NCBI GenBank assembly: GCA_036172245.1
Contig: JAYWIR010000032.1
Span: 2,604,001 to 2,668,000 of the forward strand
Direction of reading: 5' to 3'
Length of the DNA: 64,000 bases
Origin: Raillietiella orientalis
Lineage: Eukaryota
Made by a program: the position numbers and the translations under genes. Under the pieces are notes generated by a model. It ran no database searches, was not told the DNA's origin, and saw only the letters and a program-made list of their open reading frames with translations. Positions 52,832 to 63,620 of the stretch are shown piece after piece (positions within the stretch are counted from its first letter, which is position 1; each line of letters begins with the position of its first letter).

Positions 52832-54433
52832 ATGGCAGAAATGCCTGATCCCGCCACTAGTGAATGTGGGGTGGGGGCCGGGCGAACGTCCCCCGTACCC
52901 ATGGAGATAGGGGCACCTGCCCGGAAAGCTTCGTCCCCCGCGCCGGCGAGGGACTACAGCGCCGCGGTCGCCGCGCCATCTGCAGCGGCCATCGCCGAGG
53001 CCCTGGCCTACAAGGCCTACAACTACAACCCGAGTCTGCTGTATAAGGTAGGCCGGGTGTTTGATGACCGTGTGGCGCGCTCCTTCGAGAAGGAGCTCCA
53101 CCGTTTGAACGTTAACAAGGAGGATCTGCTGGGTCTCTCCATCCGCAGCGGGGGACAGCATGTCGAGTTGACCTGCAAAGAAGCAGGGTTGGCGCAAAGA
53201 CTGCTGCGAACCCCCGTCAGGGTCGAGGGCCGCCAGATCTTTCCTGTCCCGGTGGACAACTCAATAGTTGTCCACCTCCGTGGAATCACCGTGCGGATGT
53301 CACCGAGCGCCGTTAGGGCTGAACTCAGCAAATTCGGCACCGTACACGCGCTGTGGCTGAAGCCCAACAGGTTCCGTACTTATGACGGACTCCTGAGCGG
53401 ACTCGCCGCGGCACGTGTGACTGTGAATAAGGACATTGGGGTTCCCCATAAACTAGTAGTCGACGGAGATTCTGTCGACATCTGGTATCTGGGGAAACCC
53501 AAATACTGTGCGTTTTGTGATGGTACGGGGCACGTGAAGAAACGCTGCCCCAACATCACCTGCCGCAAGTGCGAGGCAATCGGGCACACGGAAGAAGTGT
53601 GCCCCAAAAAGACTTCGCGCGCGCCGGCTGCTGCCGTAGGCGGCACGAACACGAGCAAGAAGCCTGGCAAGACCAAGCCGTCGTCTGAAAATACGGTTGA
53701 CCCGGAGCCAGCCAAAAAGGGCATCCCGACCACCCCGTCTGCAGAAACGCAGGGAACCGAGGTGGAAGGAGGAGAGCCTGGCTGGCAAAAGGTCAGTCCC
53801 AAGAAAAAGAAAGAAAAAAAGGACGTAAATAATAAAAATAAAGTCCCTGCAAAAACCGCGAAACCCGCAAAAAAGCAGGGACTGAAAAAATGCACGGTCG
53901 CACTGGAGCGCCTTGCAGACGCCGAAGTGCCGTGCGAACAGGACGTTGCCGTGTGCAACAACGCTGACAGCCCCGTCGCTGTGCAAACAGCGTCCGAGGG
54001 CTGCGGCGAGGGGGAGAGGCGCGATGACGCGGGCTTTGCAAAAGCCGCCGACGAGCTCGCCGCCAGTCAGCAGCCTCCCGCAAAGGTCGGGAAGAAGGCC
54101 GTTCGACGTCCGGCCGAGAGGAGGGGGACCGGGACCTCGGACTCGGACCCGGAGACCGGACACGCACCATCCGCATCTGCACCCCCGAGGAAGACCGGAA
54201 GGAAAATCCGTAACCCGAGGAGGATCGTCTCCTCCGAGGAAGGGGAATCCTCCGGAAACGAGGGTGCGGCGAGCGTGGGAGAGATGAACACGAGTCCTGA
54301 ACTCCCACGATCGGTCGAGACGGAGCCGATGGAGACGGAGGGGGTCGTCGAGCCGCCCCCCACCGCACAGGAGAAAGCCGGCGTCCCGCCCCTAGGTGAG
54401 GCGGGAGACGCAGCATCACTTTCCCAGCAGTAA
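52832..54433 (+). CDS. LINE ORF1 nucleic-acid-binding protein (probable RRM-like region, two CCHC knuckles, disordered tail)
   Basis: CAFCDGTGHVKKRC and CRKCEAIGHTEEVC. Start at ATG 52832 or 52841; the latter matches the homologous start at 1599. The TAA overlaps the ORF2 ATG (TAATG). Confidence 0.9.
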   Translation: MAEMPDPATSECGVGAGRTSPVPMEIGAPARKASSPAPARDYSAAVAAPSAAAIAEALAYKAYNYNPSLLYKVGRVFDDRVARSFEKELHRLNVNKEDLLGLSIRSGGQHVELTCKEAGLAQRLLRTPVRVEGRQIFPVPVDNSIVVHLRGITVRMSPSAVRAELSKFGTVHALWLKPNRFRTYDGLLSGLAAARVTVNKDIGVPHKLVVDGDSVDIWYLGKPKYCAFCDGTGHVKKRCPNITCRKCEAIGHTEEVCPKKTSRAPAAAVGGTNTSKKPGKTKPSSENTVDPEPAKKGIPTTPSAETQGTEVEGGEPGWQKVSPKKKKEKKDVNNKNKVPAKTAKPAKKQGLKKCTVALERLADAEVPCEQDVAVCNNADSPVAVQTASEGCGEGERRDDAGFAKAADELAASQQPPAKVGKKAVRRPAERRGTGTSDSDPETGHAPSASAPPRKTGRKIRNPRRIVSSEEGESSGNEGAASVGEMNTSPELPRSVETEPMETEGVVEPPPTAQEKAGVPPLGEAGDAASLSQQ

Positions 54434-57400
54434 TGCCGGGACTCGCCACCTGCCGTCAAATACACATCGCCAGCTGGAACGTCAACGGGCTTTGCGATGA
54501 CGGCAGGAGACGAGACATAGCTGCCACCTTGCAAGCCTTCGACCTCGTGCTGCTGCAGGAGATCCATGAGATTTCCGCAGAACATGCGCGGGAGATCGAA
54601 CGGATAGCAGGTGGTCAGCTTATGTGGCGATGCGGCCACCGCCGTACGCGCGGGGTCGCTTTCCTTCTGAAGCCTGCCTTACAACGCGCGGTGCGGAAAG
54701 TTCGTTTCGATGAGGCAGGTCGGGTCGGGCAAATCACCTTCAGGTGGTCCGACTCCATCAATCTCGTCGTCACGAACGTGTACGCGCCGAGCGGCGGTCA
54801 CGCGCGCGTGGAACGGACGGCGTTTTTCCGTGCGTTCAAGCGCGACTGGCTGTCCGAGGCAGGCGCGCGCACGGCGCACCTGATAGCCGGCGATTTTAAT
54901 ATTCGCCTGCTATCAGGTGCGGCGAGGACAGAGGCCACCCCGGTTAACGAGATGTGCGCTGCGGTGCACGCATCCAACTTGTTAGCCGGGGATACCGGGA
55001 TGGAACGGAACGTGGACCACGTCTTCCTCGACGATCACCTGCGCTGTCGCGTGGGCAGGCGAGGTAAGATACAGTTCGCAGTCTCCGACCACTCCCGTGT
55101 GGAACTCGTCATTCGCCCGCGCGACAGGGGGCCCCCCGCGCAGGCGTGGCGTCTACCGGGGGACTGGCTGACCAAGCCAGGCGCAGCGGAACACCTCCGC
55201 GCGTTCTTGCGAGGTTTCAGCCTGCAGACGCTAGACGACTGGGACGATTTGAAGGTCTCGGTGCGAGAGTTCTGCCAACAGTTCCCCATGGACCGTCTCC
55301 CGAAAGGATTTGGAGAAGGTGTTCGGAACGATAGGGCTTACCTGCAGGCCCGTCGTTACTCCCGAACACCAGACGTCCGAAGACTGGCGGAATTTAAAGC
55401 CGGGGCCGAGCGGCAGGCCTGGCAATCGGGGTCGCCCAGCCTGCTGGACGACGAAGGCCAAGAGCACTCAGCCCCGGCAGAGGTGAGTAGCCTAGTGCAC
55501 GGCTATTATTCTTCCCTGTACACCAGGGTGCCTCCGGACCGGGAATTTTCCCAATTTTTGCTTCCGGACGGTGCCCCGGCGATCGGGGAAGAAGAGAGAG
55601 TACGCCTGGACGAGCCTTTCACGATGGGTGAAATCACCACCGCAATCGGGAAGCTCAAAAGGCGGAAGTCACCGGGGGAAGACGGCCTGCCCGCGGAGTT
55701 TTTTCAGTGCTTCGCGGCGGAGCTGGCTCCCCTGGTGCAGCGGCTAACGCTGCTGATCCGGGAGACAGGAGACGTTCCCGCCTCCTTCCGATCGGCACGT
55801 ATGCGTCTCCTACCGAAAGGAGGAGACTTACGGAATCTCAGCAATTGGCGTCCGATTACTGTACTGAACGCGGACGCCAAGCTGGTTGCGAAGCTATGGT
55901 CGGAGCGAATGGGGCGGGTGGCGGAAAGCTTCATCAGCCCGGAGCAGACCTACGCTGTTCCCGGGCGAAGCATGGACGCCAACCTGCTCTTCGCGAACAC
56001 CTGGTTCGAACTTCAAAGAACCAGAATGAATGGAGGGAACAAGGTCGGCAGCCCGATTTGCGGGACGTCCGCTGGTGGTTCGCGGGATAGTCGGGAGAGA
56101 GAAGGGGCCCTCGCGGTCGCTGTCGATTTGCGGAAAGCATTCGACAGTGTCGACCAGGAGCTCCTGCTGGAGCTTCTGGAGCGCTTGGGCTTCCCGGCCT
56201 CCTTATTGGCTTTTCTGCGCTCTTGCTGGCGCGACGTGCTGACCAACATTTCTTTCAGGGGAAGGAACGTGTTCGCTGTGCCGGTGCGCGGCGGGATACG
56301 GCAGGGTGATAGCTTGAGCCCCTTGCTCTTCAGCACCTACTTCGAGTTGGTGCTGAGGGCATTCAGGGAGACTCTTGGTCGCCTGCCGCGCGTGTGCCCA
56401 GGTACACCGGCCTTGGCGGCGTATGCGGACGATCTTCTGCTGCTGCTCCCCATGTCCACCCCGGCGTCGGCGGTCGAAAACTTTTTCGAGCTGCTGCGTC
56501 GCGGGACAGGACTGGAGGTGAACAGAGCAAAGTCGTCCGTTGTTGCAGTCGGTTCCTCGTGGGCAGGGCAGCTAGACTGGTCTCGCTTGGGGATCCCCGC
56601 GGTACGGTACCTTAAGTACCTCGGTGTGCCGTTGGGGGACTACTCCCCAGCGGAACAATGGTCTTGCTGCCTCCAAAAGGCCGAGAGAGCGATCGGCCCG
56701 TTCCTGGATGGCAAGTTCTTCTTGCCGGAACGGGCCGTGCTGTGGAACACTTTCGTGGCCCCCCTGTTTCGCTCCTTGCATTTTGTTTGTCCCCCACCCC
56801 GTGGTGTGAGAACACGTACAAAGGACCTCCTCAGAATCGCCATCTGGGGCAGAGGAAGGCCCCGCGCGCGTTGGAAGGACTTGTGCGCCCCTCGTCGCGA
56901 TGGGGGCCTTGGCCTCCTCACGCTGGAGCGCCTCGAACTGCAGCTGCAGTTCCGAACAATCGCCCTAGTGGCGAAGTTGTGGAGCGCCAGCTGGTGCGAG
57001 CCTGCACGATGCCTGGTTCAGCGAGTCGGCGGCTGCGCGGGACTGTCTACCTTCCTAGCGCGCCGCAAACGCCGGTACCTGTTCCACTGCGGACTGGCTC
57101 TTCGGCGAGTGGCGAAGCTGACCAGGAAGAACACCTGGATCTCCTGCCGGCCCGCGAACGGCACTTCCTGGTTGCAGGAAAGCCTTCGCACGTGGGCCCA
57201 GATTGAGGAAGCGAGCCCGGAGTTGCGGCAGCGAATGCTGCACTCCTATCATAAGAGCCGCTCGCTGCAGGACATCATCGTGCAGCCCGCCTTGAGTGCG
57301 TGGGCTGAGAGGACCTCCCTTGCCACAGCTCTGTCCCACCTCAAGGAACATCTGGGCAGTAGCCAGCCGGCCATGTGAGAGGTCCGGTGTACGATCAGGG

Positions 57401-57999
57401 ACACTGAGAAAGAACAAGGTGGTTGGACCACGGGTCAGCTTGCTGATGCCGCGATCCCAAGTTCCCCACCGAGAGGACTGTTGCGCTGGGGCGAGCTGCT
57501 GTGCATCCCGCGGGATGAACTCGAGTGGCCCCCAGTGCTGAGGAATACTCGGGCCCTCCCCCTAAAGTGGCAGGAGTCGGCGTTCCTGGTGTTGCACTGG
57601 GGACTCCCCAGCAACGCCCGCCGCTCTCATTGGACGAACGGGGTTGTGGACCCGAACTGTGTCAGGTGCGGGGAACGAGAAACTCTCCCGCACCTGCTCG
57701 TTGACTGTGTTGCCCTCCGGCCCCTGTGGTTGCGCTTTGCAACAGCCGTTGGTGCACCCTTGCACGCTCCCAGAGACGTTTTAAAGCGCCTCTTCGTGCG
57801 CGACGCCCTTTCGCCTGCCGCAGCCCTTGCAGCCCTCTGCTGCCTACGAGGGATTGTAGCGGCTTGGAGCACCGCCACTGGTGGACCGAACGATAGGGAC
57901 ATCTTGTGCTACGCCCTGCGCTTCCTGAGGACGGCAGCAAGATGGACCCATCTGGGACACATGCAGTTTGAACTTGCCGGCATCCTGCAAAGCATGTAG
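54433..57999 (+). pseudogene. LINE ORF2 (APE endonuclease, reverse transcriptase, C-terminal zinc finger), about 1188 codons with one in-frame TGA at 57376-57378
   Basis: APE motifs IASWNVNGL, LLQE, NVYAP, GDFN, VDH, SDH. RT motifs KSPGEDG, NWRPITVLN, DLRKAFDSV, GIRQGDSLSP, YADD, KYLGV. C-terminal CVRC...ETLPHLLVDC. ORF-track ORFs 54433-57378 and 57481-57999 share one frame, and the TGA aligns to Trp in related copies (ARWEV, PKWQV). Confidence 0.92.
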
Positions 58000-58689
58000 A
58001 GGACGTCTCCAGCGGAACGTGATCCCTTCCCCAACCCCTCCCTGCTTTTGTAAATAGTGTTTTCTTTTTGCTTTTTTTTCTATTTGTTCCTTCCCCCTCC
58101 GCTGCCGAGTCGACCTTGGGAGCCTGCTTGCTGCCCACTCGGCGAGTTCAGAAGAACATGTTCTGAACACTGTAGGGGCGATAGCCCTACACTTGCTTGT
58201 TTATTTTTTTTATTAAAGAAATAAACGCCCCGGCGCACCCGGGTGTAAAAGCAATGCCAACTGTTGCCACTTCAAAAGGGAAAAGGTGTTACCGTTACAG
58301 CAGGCTGGAGAACACTTGATCTCCTCTGCAGGGATCACAAGCAACTTGCCCCAGAGTAAAAGTATTTTTGGCGGGACACACGGGGTCGCAGCTTCCGTAA
58401 GCCAAGGGTTGTCCACGCTCACAGAAGTTTCTTCCTGTCATGGATGCAGAAGGACACCTCCCACGGTGCCGGAAGGTCTCTGCCCTTTGCATTCTTTCAA
58501 GAGAACAACACATGGGCAAGGGGGGTTGAACAAAACCCACATCAGCTGGCGTGCCTTGAACGCGACCTCCTGCAGCTGCTGAAGGTCGTTCCTGCCTTGC
58601 CTCAGATAGGCGTACACCGCCTTGCTCTAGCCGTAGATCTTTCTCCATGTAGTTTAGCTGATGTCTGAACTCTGCGAGCACCAGAGTCG

Positions 58690-59963
58690 CTTACCTCATT
58701 GTGGGGACTTCAACACCCGCCTGCTGTCGGATAACCAATGGGCGAAGGTGCATCACGTGCAGTTGAGCGAGCTGTGTGCATCTCTGAATGCATGCAACTT
58801 GCTGGCCAAAGAACCTGAGATGCACAATGTCATCGGCCACTCCTTCCCCTACGAGCACTTGTGTTTCTGGGTGGGCAGATGAGGAAAAATGGTATCGGAT
58901 CTGGCGGATTATCCCAGGATAGAGTTCGAGCGACGGCCTCCAGGGAAAGGCCGCCATCAAGATGTGCAGGCTGAGAGACCCGGGAGCTGTGAAAATGCGC
59001 GGCTTCCTTCCTGATTTTGCCGTTTGCAAACTCGAGGACTAGGATGACTTCTTGCACTCGGTCCCCCGCGAATTATGCGAGCAGTTCCCTTAGGACTGCC
59101 TGCCTGCAGGAATCGGGAAGGGGATCCGTAGCGAAAGGGCAGATCCGCAAGCCGACGTTACGCAAGGAACCTTCACGTCCGTCGCCTGGCTAAGAACCGA
59201 ACCGTACAAGTAGAGGAACCGAACAAGCCTGGCAGTCCGCGCCTCTCAGTCTGCTGGATGGCCAGGGCAGGGAACACTCGTCCTCGGGTATGCTGAGGAG
59301 CCTCTTAGGAAAATTTTCTTTCTTTCTTTCTTTACGCGAGCGCAATCCGGAGCGGGACGCCTCGCAGCTCCTGCTACCGGAAGGTGCACCGACGATGGGG
59401 CAGGAGGAGAAGAAGAGACTCGACGAGCCTTTCGCGACTCGTGAGATCACCGCGATCGGGGAAGCTCAAGAGGCGAAGAGCGTCAGGGGAGGACGGCCTG
59501 CCCACGGAGTTTTTCCGATGCTTCCCGACAAAGTTGACACCCCTGGTGCTGAGGTTGACGATGCTGATCCAGGAAACTAGTTATGTTCCCGCCTCATTCT
59601 GGTCAGCAAGGGTGAGGTCCCTCTTCTAAGGAGGAGACTCCAGGAAATTAAGCAACTGGAATCCGATCACCTTGGCGCACGTGAATGACAAGTTGGTCGC
59701 CAAACTACAGCCGGGGCGACTGGGGAAAATGGCGGATTCCGTAAACAGCCCGGAGCAGACTTCCGCTATTCCAAGGTAAAGTATGGATGCCAAACTTTTT
59801 CTCGGCAGCACATGGCTTCAAATACAGAGCGGTGAAAAGGGAAAGGAGGGAATTGTCCACAGCGAACACACACAGTTTGTGTGTGTTCGCTGGGCTGGGA
59901 ATGAACAGCAGGGCGGAGGAGGGAGCCCTAGCGGTCGCAGTCAATTCGCATACAGCGTTCGAT
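58690..59963 (+). mobile_element. Decayed family-1 ORF2 (APE to early RT), cut by an opposite-strand insertion
   Basis: CGDFNTRLLS, LLLPEGAPTMGQEEKKRLDEPF, KLKRRRASGEDGLPTEFF, EGALAVAVN. Confidence 0.85.
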
Positions 59964-60480
59964 TTTCACCCGGAATTCTCCGGGTCGTTTATTAAAAAAA
60001 AAAAAAAAACTTTATAGTAAAAATGTCAGTGTGTCAAGCACGAAGAACCATGGAGCCTGCCAGGACACCGGTTTGCAGACCGGTACGGTCCACCATGGCA
60101 GCAGGGGAAGGGGGAAAAAACAAAAAAAACTAAACAAAAAGAAAAAAAGAGTGGGAGGGTACGGGAAGGGATCACTGTTGCTGCTGGGGCCGCATCATTC
60201 TTCTCAGGAAGCCGGCAAGCGCTTGCTGCATTTGAGGATTCAGTTATGGCCATCGCAACGCCCTCCTCAGGAATTGGGAGGCGCACTGGATGGCTTCCTT
60301 ATCGCGAGGTCCTCCAGTAGCCGTGCTCCATGCGGCGACGACCCCTCGAAGGCAGCACAAGGCCGCTATCGAGGCCGCTGGCCGCAGGGCATCGGCAACG
60401 AAGAGGGCTTTTAAAGCGTCCCTGGGGTTGCCGCAGGGATTCCGATGGCCGCGGCAAAGCGGAACCAAAGGGGCCGAAAT
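59964..60480 (-). mobile_element. Short 5'-truncated family-1 LINE 3' end
   Basis: PRDALKALFVADALRPAASIAALCCLRGVVAAWSTATGGP. Perfect 7-bp terminal hairpin at 59968-59985, preceded on the minus strand by AATAAA. Confidence 0.88.
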
Positions 60481-60489
60481 TGAATAACC

Positions 60490-61526
60490 CAGGAGCAGAA
60501 AATTGGAACCGCCTGCGATTCGGCCCCAACGCCTGCTGCACACTGCGGACCACTTTGGAGTGTCCCGCCAGGAGCACGTGGGCGGAGACCACCCTTTTAA
60601 CTTCGACGCTGCCCTTCCTACGGAGGGCCCTAATCAGCGGCTGGAAGCCGAAGTGGCAAGTCTCCTGCCGTATCGCAGGAAGAGAGCGGAAGATGAGCGG
60701 GTGTACCATGGGAGAACTGACAGACGCCACAACCCCGAGTGCCCTCCCGCGTGGATTTCTGAGATGGGGAGAGCTGCTCGGCATCCCGACGGATGACCTG
60801 AAGTGGCCCCCAGTATTAATCGGATCCAGGTTTGTCCCCCTGAAGTGGCAAGAGTCGGCACTGCTGCTGTTGCACTGGGGTTTACCCTGCAACGCGCGCC
60901 GCTTCCACTGGACGCGGGGAAGTGTAAGGCCTGAGTGTGCCAGGTGCGGGGAGCGGGAGTCGCTCCTCCACCTCATATTGGATTGTGATGCCCTTCGACC
61001 CCTTTGGGAACGGTTCGGGACGACCCTCGGGCTCCCTACGGGCAGTGCACCCGGAGACGTTCTCCGGCTCCTCTTCGTGCGGGACGCCCTGCAGCCAGCC
61101 GCAGCCCTCGCAGCCCTGTGCTGCGTCCGAGGCATCGTGGCAGCCTGGAGCGACGCCAGCAACGAAGATGTGGACGAAAACGAGAGGGACGTCATCCCGT
61201 ATGCGGTCTGCTTCATGCGGAGAGCTACAGGATGGACCCAGCTGGGTACAATGCAGATGGACCTCGAAGAAATCCTGCGAAGGATATACCCTCCTCCCAG
61301 TGGACTGTGATCCCTTACCTTTCCTCCAAACTCTTTTTGCATTTTTCTTGGTTTTTATTTTTCTTTTTGTTTTCTCCCCCATCCCCTTCCACTGCCGAGG
61401 AGAGTCACGCCGGGCTGCGTCCCGGCGTCTCGGCAGGGCCAATGTTGTGTGGTCGTTAGTGGGGCCTTATACCACGTTTTTGTAGAGTTTTTCAAAATAA
61501 ACGCCCCGGGCGTACCCGGGTGGAAA
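60490..61526 (+). mobile_element. 5'-truncated family-1 LINE 3' end with open frame to 61310
   Basis: FLRWGELLGIP...PLKWQESALLLLHWGLP...CARCGERESLLHLILDC. AATAAA at 61496-61501, hairpin at 61505-61520. Confidence 0.9.
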
Positions 61527-61539
61527 CCCCAAATCCCGC

Positions 61540-62200
61540 AGGTAGGCGGTGCAGAGAGAACTGGTCGCAGAACTCCTGGACCGATTGTTTGAAGCGGTCC
61601 CAATCCAGAAGTGTCTGCAGCCTAAAGCTCCGTATGAACGTGCGGAGATGTTCCGCCGCATCCGGAAGCTTCAGCCAGTCCCCTGGCTATCGTCACGCTG
61701 ACGAGGAAGGGCCCCTGTCGCGCGGATGAATCTAGAGCACGATCGGGCGATGGTCGGACAACTCGGACGGTAAATTGCAGCGCCTGCCCACACGAGTGCA
61801 CAGATGCTGGTCAAGGAATACGTGGTCGATGCTGTCCTCCATCCCCGGTTCACTGGTTAACAAATCACAGGTGTACACCGCCGTGCACACCTCGTTGACA
61901 AGATCTCGCTCGTGATTGGGCCCATCTGGTTTCAGGCTAACGTTAAAATTGCCTGCAACCAGATGGGCATACCGCACGCCTGCCTCAGTCAGCCAGTCGC
62001 GCCGGAGGGCAAGGAAAAATTCTTTCCTCGGCCTCCTGTTCGTCAGGTCCGCGCCGCTCGGGGCGTACACGTTCGTGACAATCAGGTCGATGGAGTCGAA
62101 TCACCTGAGAGTCAGCTGGCCGACAAGACCGTGATCGTCGAACCGTACGCTCCGCGCCGCGGCCTCGACGGCTGGCCGAAGCAGGTAGGCGACACCGCAA
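61540..62200 (-). mobile_element. Family-1 APE endonuclease fragment
   Basis: NVYAPSG...RRDWLTEAGVRYAHLVAGNFNV...IDHVFLD...LSDH. Confidence 0.88.
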
Positions 62201-62380
62201 CTTCTTGTTGTTCCACACCGATACCACACCCGCCCTCCGGAGATCCGTTCGATCTCCTGCGCTCGTACAGTGCAGACGTGTTTCCGCGTCTATCCGCTCC
62301 AACGATCGGGCAACTTTGTGCCTCCGTTTTCGCTCGCACTTGTGTGTTCCTGTGCAATCTGCCAAGTAGCATAGTGCAAC

Positions 62381-63620
62381 ATGGCCAGTACACAGGATAG
62401 TGTGGAGGAGCAAGCCACTGGATGCACTTCAGCTGCACTTGAAGTGGCCACAACCTCCGTAATGGTTTCCTCGCCCCCGGTGAGGAGTTACGCCGCCGTT
62501 ACCTCCCAAAGACCAGGACCCTGCGATGCGGAGTTCCAGGCATATGTGTCATCAGGATACATGTCTGCACTCCGTTATAAGGTCAGTGGGCCCCTTAACG
62601 GGAGAATCGGTCGTTAGCTCGATGATGAGCTCGTCCGGATCGGCGTTCGCGAGGAGGAACTCGTTGCCATAATGCCTGCTGGCAGGATGGAATATACGAA
62701 GATTCGGTGCAAGAACGCAGCACTTGTGCAGCGCCTTCTCCGTACGCCGTTGACCATCAATGGCAAGGAAGTCCTGCCTACCGCAATGGACGACTCTTTT
62801 GTCGTTCAATTGTGCGACATCGAACCGGAAATCTCCGACCGCGATGTCGTAAGTGTGCTGGCGAAGTTCGCCACCGTGCACGCTCTGTGGAGGAGGCCAA
62901 ATCCTCTAAAGGATTTCCCCTCTGTCCACATAGGACAAGGCTGCGAGCGGATCACCGTCGCGAACAGGCGTGTTGTGCCTGAGCAGCTGCAGGTGAACGG
63001 CACGGTCGTTCACCTGTGGTTCATAGGCCAGACTCGCGCGTGCGAGCAGTGCAACAAGGATGGGCACCGAATTAAAGAGTGCCCCTCTCCAAGATGCCGC
63101 TATTGCAAAGATTCCGGGCACGAAATCAAAAAGTGCCCGGTACTTGCAAGAAAAAGAGCCGCAGCGGAAATTCGTCGGGTTCAAGAGACCACTGCACGAA
63201 AAGCCGCAGCGGCAAATAAAAAACGTCGTCCGCAAAAACTCGGAAAAAACAACAAGCGATCCGCGGATGAAAAGAAAGCATCCCCGCCCGCAACGACCCG
63301 AAAGGGGAAAGTCACGGCGGGGAAGCCAATTAAAAAGGGGCGCGAGGGTTTGACGCGTGCCGTGCCTTCCCTCTCTGCCGAACTCGCAGGCACCTTTCCG
63401 AGCCAGGAACCAGGAAATCTCCGTAACACCCTGGAGGGAAAGGTAGGAAAACAGGAAGATCGCAACAGTGCGAAGACTTCTTGCCCCGTTCCGTTGTCCC
63501 TTCCGAGTTCCGGACAGCCCCACTGCAGCGCAGGCCCCTCTGCAAAGGCTACGAAAGCCGTACAAAGCAGCGTCGCGACGAGCAAAAGCACGCTGCATGC
63601 AGTCGCCCCATCGCCGACTC
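62381..63620 (+). pseudogene. LINE ORF1 with in-frame TAG (62615-62617), truncated by the family-2 insertion
   Basis: RSYAAV...ALRYKV, LVQRLLRTP, CEQCNKDGHRIKEC, CRYCKDSGHEIKKC. Confidence 0.85.

Larger units (their letters stand above)
52750..58250 (+). mobile_element. Near-intact full-length L1/Tx1-like non-LTR retrotransposon (family 1)
   Basis: ORF1 plus ORF2 (APE-RT-C-terminal zinc finger), a pyrimidine-rich 3'UTR, AATAAA at 58220-58225 and a terminal hairpin at 58229-58243. The 5' boundary is approximate and no TSD was identified. Confidence 0.92.

Noticed and set aside
57376..57378. TGA read as Trp (alternative genetic code) or programmed readthrough
   Set aside because: Related copies have TGG here, genes C and D terminate at TGA, and other in-frame TGAs do not align to Trp.
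52700..58260. TSD for the full-length element (caatgcaac versus caatgccaac)
   Set aside because: The match is imperfect and the 5' end is uncertain.
60299..61342. 347-aa minus-strand ORF
   Set aside because: Antisense shadow of the GC-rich ORF2 C-terminus on the + strand.
59964..61526. Twin-priming 5' inversion of one element
   Set aside because: Both halves contain their own 3' end and hairpin, so they are two separate insertions.
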